Shown here: positions 11,517-25,589 of the stretch, piece by piece
Layout of the letters: the number at the start of each line of letters is the position of its first letter
Position numbering within the stretch: position 1 is the stretch's first letter
NCBI RefSeq assembly: GCF_006345805.1
Contig: NC_042997.1
Span: 128,588,001-128,652,000, forward strand
Length of the DNA: 64,000 nucleotides
Reading direction: 5' to 3'
From: Octopus sinensis
Taxonomy: Eukaryota
Position numbers and translations under genes: made by a program
The notes under the pieces: model-generated
Seen by the model: only the letters and a program-made list of their open reading frames with translations
The model's database searches: none
Told to the model about the DNA's origin: nothing

Positions 11517-12399
11517 TTATTGGAAAGAATCTCTTGGTAACCAGGAGAAAATTAAAATGAAACAAATGAGGAAATTTTATATTCTTTAAATGTGTTTAGA
11601 TATATTGTAAATGAGGATTACTAATCATTCTATTAAAAAAAAATAAATAAACAGACATAAATCAATTTTAACTGAAATTTTGATGAGGTAAAAATGTTGA
11701 GGTTCAGTGAAAAATGAGAATTTTAGAAGGAAAAAATCCTGAGGCTCAGTGAAAACGGAAGAGTTCTAAACAGGGAAATATAAAACAAAACCAATTGGAA
11801 TCAAATTCTATGAGAAATAAAATCAGTATGAATTTGTAATGAAGCCACAATCATCTCTCGTGACATTCGATCAATATTTAAATAGTATACTTGTTTATAA
11901 TTAGTCCCAGACTACTTCACAGCATGAAGACTAGACTTTAGGAGTGAGAAAATTGAGTAGGTATAAATTTAACTGGCAGTAAGGATCAAGAGAGCAATTT
12001 GGCGACATTAATACAGAATTGATTGAAATAAGTAATGGTGTGAAGCATTTGAAATTAAATCAATAAAGCACTATTCTACTGCACAAAATGATGTTTGAAG
12101 AGATGTTATGAAATTTGAATAGTGGATTCTGTGTTTCACATTTAAAGAGAATACAAAGGAATATTCAAACACAGAGCTTTCTGTCAAAAGAAATTATTGA
12201 AGTCTTCTTATAAGGGACCGAAAATGTTATAGAAGAGAAAGGTCAGTGGAGAGTCTCTTTAAGAGTAATCGTTAATGAGTACATGTCCAGAATTGATCTT
12301 ATGACAGATTTTCCAATTTATTATGATAGATAGAATAAGAATTCTCTGTAGAGGAGTCTTGAGAGGAAAATATGTTCCATGTGTCTTATTTATTGTAGT

Positions 12400-12880
12400 A
12401 ATTTTTATGATGATGATTGTTACGGTAGTGGGACATAATGTAGTTTTGTGATGGTGGAAACTGTTGGGATATGATAGAGACATATTGTAGTGTTGTAATG
12501 AGGAAACTGTGTGTTATTGTGGTGGTGGAGATATAATGTAGTGTATGATGGTGAGGGCATAATGTAATATTATGGTGATTGACATGGTGCAGTTTTGTGA
12601 TGGTAGAAATAGTGTAGTGTTGTGGTGATGAGACACAGTGCAGTGGTGTGGTGGGGGGACATAACGTAGTTTTGTGATAGTGAAGACTGTATGGTGTTAT
12701 GGGGGGTAGGTGACACAGTGTAGTGTTATAGTACTGCACAATATGGTGTTGTGGTGGGAACTGGAGACACAGTATGGTGTTGTAGTAGGAACATAATGTT
12801 GTGAAGTGATTGGAAATTAATGTAGAGTTGTGAGGCAGTATGATGGTCAAGCAGTGCTAAGTGGTCTAGTGTGGTGTTGC
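12400..12880. repeat. Degenerate GTGTA/GTGTT/GTG low-complexity tract (similar tract at 13190-13395)
   Basis: Seen directly; explains His/Thr-rich minus-strand ORFs. Confidence 0.8.
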
Positions 12881-13396
12881 GGTGGGAACGAGATTTTTAT
12901 GGTTACTTAACCCCAAGTCAGCTCTGTTTAATCTGAGCAAGGGAATTTCAATTGTAGTCATCCTATTTTATTTCCAGATATAGTATAGCTAGGACTAGAG
13001 TATCCAATGTACTCTTTCTTGTCTAAGATGGCAGGGTTTGATGTGAGGGAGTTTTGAATGGCTCCTTGCAGTCTCCTGTGACTCACTGAGGCATAATGCA
13101 AGATGATAGAGTGGTTATGGTGGGGGAAGTCCCCTATGTTGATGTTCAGTGTTAGAACAGTGTAGTTTTCTAAGGCAATGTAGTTATGAGACAATCTTGT
13201 GTGGTGTAATTTTACAATAATGTTTATGTAGAGTAGTGTCAGGGTTGGGGAGAATGTGTAGTCATGTTGTGAAGCAGTCTAATTATAGTGTTAGACAGAA
13301 TAGTGTAGAAGAGTGTTGTGTAATGTAGTGCTATACTATGGGGCTATGTAATAGTATTATCGCTAGGAATATGTAATGTTGTATAATTGTTGTTAT

Positions 13397-13600
13397 TTAA
13401 CCCCAGGGCAGCTCTTTTTGAGCACAGCTATGATCAAAGGTGTTAAAGCTATAATCATGTCATATTTGTTGAAGGTATAATCCACCCAGGGCTCCATTAA
13501 CCTGCATATATGTTTTCTCATTTTTAGATGGTAGAGTGTAAGTTGAAGAAGATTTAGTTATTGTTTCTAGCAAAATGATTGACCACATTAAGGCTCCCTC
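13397..13600 (-). mobile_element. Interspersed repeat with (AAC)n-like tail, probably a SINE family
   Basis: AACCCCAGGGCAGCTC...TATGATCAAAGG...GATTTAGTTATTGTTTCTAGC...GGCTCCCTC. Related copies at about 22720-22915, 23325-23490, 34875-35080, 50000-50160, 54840-55020 and 59270-59435. Confidence 0.7.
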
Positions 13601-15816
13601 TTTAGCACATGCAAAGGTGTAGTGCAATGCATAATCTTAAACTGAGCAAGTGTTGCATGACAACAAGTTGTTGATAGAACAGAGATTAAATATAGACAGA
13701 CTTGTGTCAGCATGCAAACTATCATGAACTCTGGACTAAATCTTTCCATTGTATTCCATTAATTATAAAACAGCAGAACATTTCAAAGACTGAATTTGGG
13801 AATGAAGTTTTGATTAGGGAAAATGTATTTCCAACTAAAGATGTGAATTTACTGCAAATGTCTGAGAATACTGAATAAATGTGGTATTATATCCCTTTCA
13901 AATCTCTTTGTTTATGCATTTGTTATGGAGTATTAAAAGAGATTAAGAATTTAACATTCTTTTGATCCCAATGCTATCTTTGAGCTATCCAATTAATCTG
14001 AACACATGGAAATTCTACTCAACTTGACTCTTGACTTCTAATTAGAACCCAGCATTATTGCTTTTAATTGAAGAAATTTTCTAAGGCTTTCTAATTATTT
14101 ATTGTTAACCTAAGTCCTTTCATACTATTCTTTCAAAGTTAACTTCATCCACAACATTCAACTTTGTCAATTTTGATCGTTTTAACATGCACGCACAATT
14201 TTGTATATATTGCCATTGTCTTTTATATGTTTGGTCTGTAGTTCTCTAATTGCTGTTCCACTATTACTACATAGGTTCTACAATAAGCATTTAAACTATT
14301 CTTTGAGTAGTTGCTTATAGAAGTCTGCTATAAATTGCTTTCAGGACTTTTGTATTTATTTGATTTATCATAAATTGACCACCAAGTCAGAACATGACAA
14401 ATTGCTGGTGAATGTTCAGTTACGATTCTTCAATTGGTCACGTTGTGCCAGAGGGACCTGCTCTAGTGTTTTAGTGAAATGTGACATTACTTCTGACATA
14501 GAAGCTGCTTCATGCAATTATTGATAGACCTCCCATTAGTTTCAGTAATGAGAATTCAGACAATGAATCAACTATTTCCTCATGTATGTGTTCATGGCTG
14601 AGTATTTCATAGTCATATCATTAACAGGCTGAATTAGTATGATACATATAATGGGGCTTGCCTTTTGAATTACTACACATTCTCTGTCTGTCTAATGTCA
14701 TTTGCAAGATTTGGATTGACCTGAGGCTATAGTCAAAGGTACTTGCTCAAGATGCCATGTAGTGGATTGAACCTGAGATTTACAGTTGTGAAATAAACTT
14801 TTGGTCATTTACTATGCCTATATCAGCAATTATTTATGTTGTTATTTTGTTGATATCTCCACTATTTACATTAACATAAAAATACATATTCCAGTATTGA
14901 CTCTGCTTATCTATAATGTAATGATACAAGGTAACAGTGAGACAGAATTGGCTGAAAGTCAAATAAAATACCTGGCTACATTTAGTTATACCCGCTATGT
15001 TTTGAGTTCCAGTCATGTTGAGGTTGGTAAAATAAGTTAAGTACCATAAGTACATGCATGGATGTATGGTTAAAAAGTTCACTCAACAATTATGTGATTT
15101 TGAGCTTGATCCTCCTACATAGCACTTTTGTGGTGTCTTCTATCATGACCTTGGGTTTATTAATACCTATGAGGGAAATCTGATTCATGGAAACTATGTG
15201 GAAGCCCTTCATGTCTGTGTGTTTATCTTTCACTGAAGTACATCAATGAAAGAAGTATACAATGGCAAGAAAACTAAAATACCAGTTCTCTCCAAACAAA
15301 GTCCATTTAATATTGAGTTACAGAATCTTTCTTGTCATTTTCACCACCAGAAGTTTTGTGAACCAGTGATTAAGCCTATCAGAAAACTGCAACCAATGGC
15401 ACCATTGTTAGCCAGATGTTATCTAGAATACTTAAATAATTAAATAAACCTAGAATTGGCCTAATTTTAAGTGTTTGCTCTCTCTAAATGTTGGGCTTTG
15501 TACCTTTCTTTGTTAGAAATTAATATTTTATTTTCTTTTTCACTGAGATGTTATATTGATTTCTTACACGGGAAGAGTTATAGAAGTAGGGAAATGGGAA
15601 GTTCTCACATCTGTCTTTCCTCAAAACCTTTGTTAATTTTATGGGTATTAGTGGATGCAGGTTAAGCAAAAGTCTGTGGTTAAGAATTTTCTTTTCAAAC
15701 TACTTAGCTCCAAATTCAATTTCATAGACTTCAGTTGGCCATAATATTATGTGTGTCAAAACTGTACAGAAATTCATTGTATAAAAATGAGAGTGTGCAT
15801 GTATGTTTGTATGGTT

Positions 15817-15849
<33 letters not shown>

Positions 15850-15964
15850 ATGTGTGCATGTGTGCATGCATGTGTGTGTTCATGCGTGTGTGTGTATGTG
15901 TTCATGCGTGTGTGTGTATGTGTGCATGCATGTGTGTGTTCATGCGTGTATGTGTGTAATATAT

Positions 15965-17160
15965 GAGAGAAGCATCTCTAATCTCAAGAACAAAAGTAAC
16001 TCCAAATAAGAACTGATTTGAAGTATTGTGACCTATATTAGCATAGTAAATGAATATAAAATTGTGCTACAGATGATGTGTAAGATTATACATACATCTC
16101 TGTAATGATAGGAACATTGATCATCAAAGTAGTTTATCATGGACCGATAGCTGGATAAGCATTTGCAATCCATGAAAAGGAAATATAAACCAAGTACCTG
16201 ATGCACAAAAGGGATAGAGATGCAGGAAAAGCTGTACAATGTGACAACTGACGCAGCTTTTGTGGAGTTCACATTGAAGATATCACCCACATCATCAGCA
16301 GTTGTCCGAAAATGTTCTCATGGTCTTATCTGCCAATGAGACATGATGTTGTATCTAGGACACTCGATAATGAAATCCGTTGGAAGGATAATCCTGAGGA
16401 CAAAGAAATAAGAACCCACAATATGGTAGAAGCTATAGCCACTCATAATAAAAAGGAATACTGGTGGAATGTCTCAGTGAAAACCTCAATAAAATATAAG
16501 CACAACAGATCTGATATAATGATTTGGGATAGGGAAGAGAAATTGTGCACAGTTGTGGAAAATAGCTACCCAGCAGTTGTTAACATAAAGCTGAAGATCA
16601 GTGAAAAAGAGAGCACTTATGCTGAACAATTGAAAAATCTGCAGTTACTCTATCCAGATTAAAAGTTCAGGTAATTACTGGGGCCTTGGGATATGTAACA
16701 CACTGGCTAAATACCAATCTTGAGAAATTAGGCTTCTCAAAACCAGAAAGGAGAAAGCTAATTCAAAGACTACAGATCCAATTCATCACTGGAACTGTAA
16801 AAATCTGTAAAACTTTCCAGAAGTTTATCATTTATTGTCAGATCACTCTTGAGTACTACTGGTAACATGTAACCCTGTACAACCTGTCGCATGGTCACTT
16901 ATCAACGACTAAATTGGTAACCTCATCAAGCTTACTTGGTGCAGAGGGGTGGACACCCCACAAGATGAAAAATAAGACCCATCAAAGCAGAAAAACTACT
17001 GTGTAGTCAACGGCTAATTCAACAAGTACTTTGTCATGGAAGTGCCTGTGTGCTCCATTGATCCGGAGAGCTATGCTGGAGAGAGAGAAATCTTCAGGCA
17101 GGTCTTACCAGGCCACACAGAGCGAAGAGTAGGAGACAGACAAAACTTTAATAATAATAA
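15965..17160 (+). mobile_element. 5'-truncated R4/Dong-like non-LTR retrotransposon (CCHC knuckle + restriction-like endonuclease + 3'UTR + (AAT)n end)
   Basis: Remnant ...QCDN*RSFCGVHIEDITHIISSCPKM...RHDVV...YWWNVSVKT...KHNRSDIMIWDREEKLCTVVE...EKESTY...ITGALG shows the CCHC, RHD and PD-(D/E)xK-type REL motifs. It ends TTTAATAATAATAAA at about 17147-17161. Confidence 0.85.
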
Positions 17161-17164
17161 ATCA

Positions 17165-17400
17165 AAGTGTCAGCAGCAGGGCATGGATTTAGTTATCAGC
17201 AGGACCTAACAGATAAGATTCCTGGCTTTGAACTAGCAGGATTTCATGCAGAGGATCTTGAATATGGGACAATTGATGAGACCCTAATATTCCTAGTTAG
17301 ATGGAAACTTTGGAGCAGTGCCCTGTGACACCTATAGTATGTGCAACTGAAACCCCTGGAAAGGGGCATCCTATGGGATGACCTAGATGAGAGATTATCA
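17165..17400 (+). mobile_element. Possible decayed RTE-type LINE C-terminal fragment
   Basis: Frameshifted traces AAGHGF..LTDK (AAEMGFL..GLTLLDK-like) and GKGHPMG*PR (GKRPRGRPR-like). Confidence 0.35.
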
Positions 17401-17875
17401 TTTAAATATATATGGCATGTCTAGATATGCAACTATACGCATGAGAATACATACATACACACATACTTACATAGAAACAAACAAACAAACAAACAAAAAT
17501 ACCCTGTTGTTGATGTTGAAATTCCAATGAAGGAGCCTTGGTTCTAGGTTAGAAACTGATTCTTTCTCTGTTGGCTAGAAATTTTGAAATAAACTAAATA
17601 ATGACTACATATGTACATACATATGGACAGATGGCTAGATGGATGATCTATAGATACTTTAGTAACATTGCTAGTATCTAGTAATTCAGAAACAGTATTT
17701 TTCAATAAAATGTACAACAGACAAGATAGTGACATCCATCTTGTCTTTTGTATCACCAGCTACAAAAGATTTTACTGAAGAATAAAGTGACCAAATTCCT
17801 GAATTTTTTCATGGGACCATGATACTGGAATAGCTACAGACACTAAATATGTATACACTACATTTTATAAGTTGG

Positions 17876-18055
17876 AGGTGTGTGTCTTAGTGGTTGAACT
17901 CATGATCATAAGATTGTGGTTTCAATTCCTGGACCAGGCAATGTGTTGTGTTCTTGAGCAAAGCACTTCATTTCTCGTTACCCCAGTCCACTCAGTTGGC
18001 AAAAGAGTAATTTAGTGATGGACTGGCAACCAATCCAGAGGGGAATATATACACC
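17876..18055 (+). mobile_element. tRNA-derived SINE with V-domain-like core
   Basis: A/B-box-like head (GTCTTAGTGG...GGTTTCAATTCC), then TTGAGCAAAGCACTTCATTTC...CCAGTCCACTCAG. A related minus copy lies at about 42100-42210. Confidence 0.55.
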
Positions 18056-19654
18056 AAGACAACTGATATTAATTTTATTTGATTTCATGGGGGAATAAAT
18101 GGTAAGACTTGAACTTATAATAAAAAGATATAACAAAATACCACAAGGCATTTATTTTGACTGGTAATCTACTGATTCTACTTTTCACTTTTCTATGCTT
18201 AAAGCTATAAATTTTAGGAGTGTAGCATAGTCAGTCAGAATTATGGAATGGTGTAGTCAATTAGATTAAGCCCAATACTTATCAACTCCTGAAAGATGAA
18301 AGGCAAATTCAATCTCTATGGTAATAATGATACAGTGAATCAAGGTTGTCAAGGGTCAGAACAGCAGTTCTGTTATTGATTTTAACATCTTTGCTACTGT
18401 TATAATTTCCAAAATACCTTACCTCTGCTTTGTTTGGAACCTAATGTTAGATTTACTCTTTCATATTACTTCCCTTGAAAATACTCTCTTAAAGTGAGAC
18501 TTTAACTCCACTGACTATGGAAGTCAAGAGGTATCTGTAGAAAGTTCATTATTGATGCAAATACACTGCCTGAATGGCTTAATATCTCCACCTCTCTCTT
18601 AATTACTCACACATTCCCTTCTCTGTGTTATACACACACATTCCCAATCTCTCTCCTTCAATCAAGAAATGGAGTCTTTTGAATTAGGTATACCCTTCCT
18701 AGCAGTTTTAGCAAATGAAGGATGCTTTGCATAACATTGTCTTAGATACACTATCTCAGGAAAAACATGTGATGGTCATTGTTATAGCAGCTTTCAAAGC
18801 ATTTAGCTGGATCAGGACTGGCCCTCTTAGGGATACATATTGACAGTAAGACAAATTTAGCCTTATGAGTGGATTTGATGGACAGAAACTGAAAGAAACC
18901 AGAGAACTGAATGAATACAGATACATACATATGCAAATACAAACACATACATATTCAGATACATATGTATATCAACACACACACACACATATGCACAGGG
19001 ATACACAAACATTTTCAGGGAGTTTTTGAGTTATAATGATCACTTAATAGCTTATTCAATTGGGTTTTCATACCAGAGATTACAGACAAGAAAAACAAAA
19101 TGATGAAACCATCCATTCTCCATGCAGAACATATAGTGTCCAGGATCTCTGACTTGTGGAGTTACATTGAACAGCTGTTGCTATGTATAGGACATATATG
19201 ACTATCAAATGAATCCCTTTTTCCAAGATATTCATGAGTATTCATTGGTTGTAAACAAAGGTCTCACTGTTTATACAAGCAGTGTCTTTACTTGTAATCT
19301 GCTGTAGAAGGCATATATGGGATTTTTTACAAATCTTCACACTAGCTTTGTAAGGTTCATCCATGCAGTGTCATTTGTTTAGAGTTTCTGGCTTAACTAT
19401 GTCTTGGCTGTTTGTTGTTTGATAGACTGGGAGATTATCACCTCACTTGGAAATAGACAGGGTTTTGTTCCAGGAGGGGTATCCAACTATAGAAACTCTG
19501 TCCCAAAGTTTTCTCATCTGTTTCAAGAATGGAAAAGTAGAAAGTATACACTAAATTGATGATGGTTTGATGCTACAAATTCTAAATTGGTTTCTCTGAT
19601 TTACATCAATCTTTCCTGGAATATCTGTTATTCTTACCTATTAAATCTTCTTAA

Positions 19655-19980
19655 AATACCGCAATCACTAATCACTACTTAACTTAATTACACCTTCTTA
19701 TGCTGTCACAGTCAGTCAGTACTATTACTGACCTAATTAAATTTTCTTATCCTGTCACAATATTGTTGACCTAATTAACCCTTCTTATGTAGTTACAATT
19801 AGTGTTATTGCTGATCCAATTAAACCTTATACTATCATTATCAATCATTATTAGAGTTGACATAAATAAACCTTCTCATGCTGTTAAATTCATTTTATTG
19901 TTGACCTAATTAAACCTCAGTCATTAATCACTTATTGTTGACTTAATCAAATCTTCTTGTATTGTCACAGTCAATCATAT
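19655..19980. repeat. Degenerate minisatellite, about 40-50-bp unit (TTGACCTAATTAAACCTTCTTATGCTGTCACAGTC...), about 7 copies
   Basis: The GACCTAATTAAACC core recurs; seen directly. Confidence 0.8.
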
Positions 19981-20044
19981 TTTTCCAAGATGTGAAGCTA
20001 ACACTTACTAGGTGAGCAACCAGGTGCTTCTATATCAGCAATTC

Positions 20045-20640
20045 TCAAATAATATAATAATGAGCTTATATTGTATACAGTGCTAGGTGCACTACAACTC
20101 ATCAGAAAAAAAATAAAAACTGCATGAACAGTATATAAAATATGCACAGGAAGTGAACAGTGAAAATGTCTTTAAAAAAATATGGAAAAAGAAATGGAGG
20201 TGGAGGGCATCAGGTATACTGTTGGCGAATTTCAGGAAACATGGAAGTTTTGAAAGATGTAGTGTCTGTACAGCTAACAACTGATGCAGGTAGTTTATTC
20301 CATGCTTCAGCAATTCTGAACATAAAAGGATATTTCTGAAAGCCATGAGTATTGTGTTGTTTTTTTGATTTTGTAAGCATGTCCACATGCATTAGACACA
20401 TGGAATTCAAAGAGGTGCCCAAGGTTGTTGTTGGAAAGATGTTGGATAATCTTGTGGGTGTCTACCAAGTCAATTGCCAGACATCAGAGCTTTAATGTAT
20501 CCATGCCCTGGGAAGTAAGACATTCAGTGTTTGGTAGATGCCGAATAGCAGGTATTTATCTTGTTGAACGTTTCTGGAGACTGATTTGCCAAGCAAGATA
20601 GGGGTTCCAGACTGATCTACATTAATGTTTGAGCATCATT
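20045..20640 (-). mobile_element. CR1-group LINE 3' fragment
   Basis: Minus-strand remnant ...LAIDLVDTHKII...FMFRIAEAWNKLPASVVSCTDTTSFK (RVVxxWNxLPxxVV motif), followed by a 3'UTR ending in (ATT)-like repeats. Confidence 0.8.
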
Positions 20641-21309
20641 GAAAATATGTTATTCATTATTTTCTTATACACTAATAGGATTTATAAAGTGAAACAAGCA
20701 TGTTTTTCTAAATTTGTCATTTTGGAACATAACTTTCCAGAGAGAATCTTCTTTAAAGTATAACACTGAACATACTGTTACACTTCAAACAACCTTAACT
20801 ATGGAGAGGCAATCAGTGACAACCTTGTCATTCTATAGTTGTGCTAAATCATATTAGATATTCCAGTGTAGCTTATATTGTGGTATAAAATACTTTTCAT
20901 TTCTGTTTCATGCCTCACTAAACGAGACTAATATAACATTTCACTGCTTGACTGAGTCTTTTATTCTTTGATTCTTTTCACTGGTTTTACTCATTGGATT
21001 GCAGCCATGCTGAAGCATTACTTTCAGGAACTTATTTGACCATACCAACAATTTTATTGATTTCTGTTTGTAGATTGACTAAGTTAAGTTTTGATGTGAA
21101 AGAACAAAAGTTGACAAACCAATGATAAATGGCATCCAAATCTTCCTTAAATCACTCCCCACTATATATATATAAAAAATGGAGAGGAATAGTATGGTTT
21201 GTTCAATAACAGTTCAGTAGAGGTTGTTACTAAACAACAGCACATGCACACATTCACACTACTTGCATATATACTGTACATGCATGCATACATATACATG
21301 TCATCTTCA

Positions 21310-21680
21310 TTATCATCGTTTTAACATCCACTTTTGTGTGCTAGCATGGGCCAGATGGAATTTGTTGAAGTAGATTTTCTATGGCCAGATGCCTTTCCTG
21401 TTGATAACCATCACCTGTTTCATAGTTAGATAGTATTTCCCCCATGACTAGACATGATCTTACAGAAGCCTGAAAATGAAGGACACTACTTGTATGATGA
21501 TGACACTTGCTTAAAACTATCATGAGATGTCAAGGCATGGAAATTGTAACACACACACACATATATAAGATAGGCTTCTTTGGTTTCCGTCTACCAAATT
21601 CACTCACAAGGCTATAGTAGAAATCATTTGCCCAAACTTGGAACCATGTCGTTGGGGAGCAAACTTCCTATCACACACAT
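21310..21680 (-). mobile_element. Composite SINE (head + CA repeat + RTE-like tail)
   Basis: CATCGTTTTAACATCCAC...GATGCCTTTCCTGTTG..., followed by the reverse complement of the head module GGTTTCCGTCTACCAAATTCACTCACAAGG. Confidence 0.7.
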
Positions 21681-21865
21681 GCATGCACACACACACTCAC
21701 ATATTTTCTAAGGACTCCTACACATTGTCCATTTGTTAAGTTACTAAACTCTTCTTAAAAAGCAGAACAGCAGGATCAATCCCAGAATCAAATTGTTGTA
21801 AAGCGAACCTTTTTAAACACATGGCTATACCTATACCTGTGTATATCTATATATATTTTCACTTA

Positions 21866-22197
21866 AAGGCAAGCTGGTAGAATCATTAGCATGCTTGGCA
21901 AAATCCATAGCAGCATTTTGTCCATCTTTACATTTTGAGTTCAAATTCTACTGAGCTCAACTTTACTTTTCATCCTTTTGGGGTCAGTAAAATAAATACC
22001 ATCTGAGCACTTGCTGGCCATGTGCCAAAATTTGAAACCAATATTTTCAATCACTGGGTGATGGATTAGCAGAATCGATAAAGCAACAGACAAAATGCTT
22101 TGCAGTAATTTTTTGTGTCTGTTTGCAATCTGATTTTCAATTCCGTCAAGGTCAACTTTGCCTTTCACCCTTCTGTCATTGATAAAATAAAGCATCT
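21866..22197 (+). mobile_element. Two tandem Deu/Nin-like SINE copies
   Basis: CAACTTTACTTTTCATCCTTTTGGGGTCAG and GTCAACTTTGCCTTTCACCCTTCTGTCATTGATAAA cores. Confidence 0.75.
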
Positions 22198-22305
22198 ATT
22201 GGAAGTTTTGCTCTCTCTTGATGTTTGAGGACTGGTGACTGTTAAAAATCAGTATTTTATTTTTAGGCTAGGTTGTAAAGAATATTATATATTTGAAAAG
22301 TTTTA

Positions 22306-22686
22306 GCATGGTTGTGTGATAAGAAGTTTGCTTTCCAACCACATCATTCCATGTTCAGTCCCACTGCATGGCATCTTGAGCAAGTGTCTTCTACTGTAGC
22401 TTCAGCCCAACCAAAACCTTGTGAATGGATTTGGTAGACAGAAACTGAAAGAAGCCATGGAGTGTGTGTGTGTGAGCATGCATGTGTTTGTCCCCCACCA
22501 CCACTTGGCTACTGGTGCTGGCGTGTTTATGTCTCCATAACTTAACGGTTCACCAAAAGAGACCAATAGAATAGGTACCAGGTTTCAAAAAAAATAATAA
22601 TAATAGTAAGTGCTGGGATCGAATTATGCAACTAAAATATTTCAAGGCAGTACCCCTGGCATGGTTGCAGTCTAAAATAAAAGAGG
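22306..22686 (+). mobile_element. Full-length composite tRNA SINE (same family as 1-388)
   Basis: Head, GT-repeat linker and 3' module ending GCATGGTTGCAGTCTAAAATAAAAG. Confidence 0.8.
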
Positions 22687-25029
22687 TATAAGTGAAAGTG
22701 TTGTTGTTATGATGATTGACTTCAGATCACCATTGATCAAACAAATCTGTGATCAAACGTAATCCAGCTATAACCATCCCATGTTTTCACAGTGTGTAGG
22801 GAACCCAAGACCACATGATCCAACATGTCCTTTTCTAAGATGATAGAGTGTCAGCTGAAGGAGATTTGACTGCTATTTCTAGTGGTCAGCAACCACACAG
22901 ATGCTCATGTACTAGCTCATAAATAAAAGGGTTGTAGAAGTAGGTGAAGAGGTCATCTTCTAGTTTTATCCCAGTAACCTCAATATAAATAGTAACCAGC
23001 ATTATCTCATGTTCTTGATCATATCACTTATCATTTCTTCCAAACTGTGTCTATTGGGGATTCATGGTTGTAAATTGCTAAATGGAAATACTATAACTTA
23101 ATTATTCTAACTTTCCTTCTCAGCTTAAATGTTAATCTCATATACACATAGACATGCACACACACATAACATAAATAAGCACACTTACACCTAATGCTGT
23201 ACTCTTGCTTTCTCTCTCTCTCTCTCCCTCACTTTTTCTTTCTTGCAGACAAAACTACAAGTTTAAAACTGCATTACTGATCACATGGCTAGAAGCTCAA
23301 AGCACCATGCATCCACAGGGAAACCTTCTAAAAACAGCAGCCAAATTGCTCTCAAATCATACCTTTTCATATTAAAAGTGGGAGAATACATTGTATAATG
23401 TAATCCAAGAGACACTAGATATGCTACTAGAGATCATGGTACTCATGACTTGACCAAAGCTGACCTGGGATTAAATTGCAACAATAACAACAACTTCAGA
23501 ATGCTAAATGAATGATACAAATCTCTTCCTGGATAAGAAGCCAGTCTGCTTCAGTTAACATTATCACATGATTTGTTACCTATATTTGATAACTCAGACA
23601 ATAGAGAAAGTTAAGTGCACTTCACAGATGCACACACCAAATTACTTTCATTAAATTTAACCTAGCAACCCATGCATAAGTTGGTAGTTGTATACCATTG
23701 CTACTCTACTAATTCATCTTTACATCATCATTTCTACCTAAGTCAAGGAGACTTAGGGAATGTTTTATCAAGTCCAAATTAAACTTCAGTTGAACAGTGA
23801 ATAAGTGGTTACTTGACTATTGTAGATCAGCTGTAGATAGTGATATTTTGGCAAAATTGTTAGAGCATCAGGTAACATGCCAAATAATATTTAGTTATAG
23901 TTATTTTTATTCCCTTAGCTGAAATCCTACCGAGATCAACTTAGTGTCATCCTTTCAGGATTGAGAAAATAAAGGACCAATCAATTTGATTGACTGATAC
24001 TGGTGTCTCAAAGCTTCATCATGCAAAATACTATGGTGAGAATCTTGAATGAATCTTCCTAGTGCAATTTGCAATTTAAGAGTGAATGAGAGCAAAAATA
24101 CCAATTGTTACAGTATTCCTGTGAACAGCAGTGATATCAGTTTTCATAACTTACAAAGAATAGTTGACAGAAGAAATGTGAAAAGTGGGGTCAATTTGTA
24201 TTCCTATAATAATACATCCTTGATGTGAATGGAATACAAGACACAAGACAGCTGTACAGCTAAGACTATCCATTCTCTACTGATATACTAGTCTCTTTTT
24301 AGTTGGTCCCTCAGATATTTTTATCTTTTCCAACTCAACCCTAGTTTCATCAACAAGGTAACATGAAACTTAAGAACTAACCAGTCACTGCAAAGCACTT
24401 GTATAAAAGGTGATTGTTTGTGATCAGCTTTAAATATACTTCAGTAAACAAAGATATTTATGCCAAAGGTTAAGAAATAAATCCATCATAAGTAACTTCA
24501 ATTTAATTTATATTAGCCAATGTGTAAATCAGCTTCTGCTAAAGTCTAAAGATGATTTAATCCCACTTGTAGTTCTGAACAAATTTATATTATGGAAAAG
24601 ATAAAATGGGGAAAAAAGTAGAAATAAAGACGGTTTACTAAATATAGACACCAGTGAAAGCTTCTTCGTGTACAATTGACCTTTTGGGCATTAGTTAATA
24701 TTTCATACTTAAGACTTATTACTTTGAATGCTCCACATTCTAAGTGGCTAGATTCCAACTAAAATACTACTTCAATAGTTCGATTATTGTTCTAGTTTTG
24801 TTCACACCTACATCTAATTTGTTTCATTTGCTGGGGAGCTTTTGACACTTTCAATACACCTTGCTTTCTTATTACTATATCTTACCCACTTACTCATATA
24901 CATATTCACATATGCCCATGTGTGAGCATGTCAAAGAGGAAGAGAGAAATAATCCCTCATTTTAGTTCTTATTAAAGACTGACTGTAAACATGTTATAGC
25001 ACTAATTGTCTGGAAAAGAGTTTTATTAC

Positions 25030-25215
25030 ACGATGTCTTATGACATGTGAACTATCTTGTGACCTTGGTCAATCTTATGATCCGTGAGCTATGTTATGGC
25101 CAAGATTCATCTTATAATCTGTAATCTACCTTATGACCTGTGGTCTTGTGACCTTGTGATCTATCTTATGATTTATGATCTATATGACTTATTATATGAC
25201 TTGTGATCTAATGTT
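25030..25215. repeat. Degenerate about 20-bp minisatellite (TGTGATCTATCTTATGACCT-like)
   Basis: TCTTATGA and TGTGA(C/T)CT recur; seen directly. Confidence 0.65.
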
Positions 25216-25589
25216 CCATTGCTAGTCAAATGACATTCTACTGACAATCTGCAAACAATCATGCTGTCAGAGTATATTTAATAAAAAGTTATTTTTTCTA
25301 TTACTGGTTTTTCTGCAATTTATACTCAAGCATGGTACTAAACACTTTATTGGATCTTTCCTCCCCATAAAATTTGTGAACACCCTAATAGTTCAAGTTT
25401 TCTTATCTACACTGCAAATCTAAATTATATATCCATATCTGTACACCTCTTTTCTCTTTCTCTCAACCATTCTTAGTAAATCTTACATTAAAACCTTCTT
25501 TGATTAAAGGACTTTCTTCCTCTTTTTTGCTATTGTTGTTGTTATCTAATCAAAGAAGGAGTTGCCATAGCTTCAAAGTTTACAGTCCC

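Noticed and set aside
11983-12350. Stop-poor frame suggesting a pseudogene
   Set aside because: About 5 stops in 125 codons and no recognisable motif; compatible with chance.
24049-24228. 59-aa small ORF (MNLPSAICNLRVNE...)
   Set aside because: No motif, splice or promoter support; ORFs of this size are expected by chance in 64 kb.
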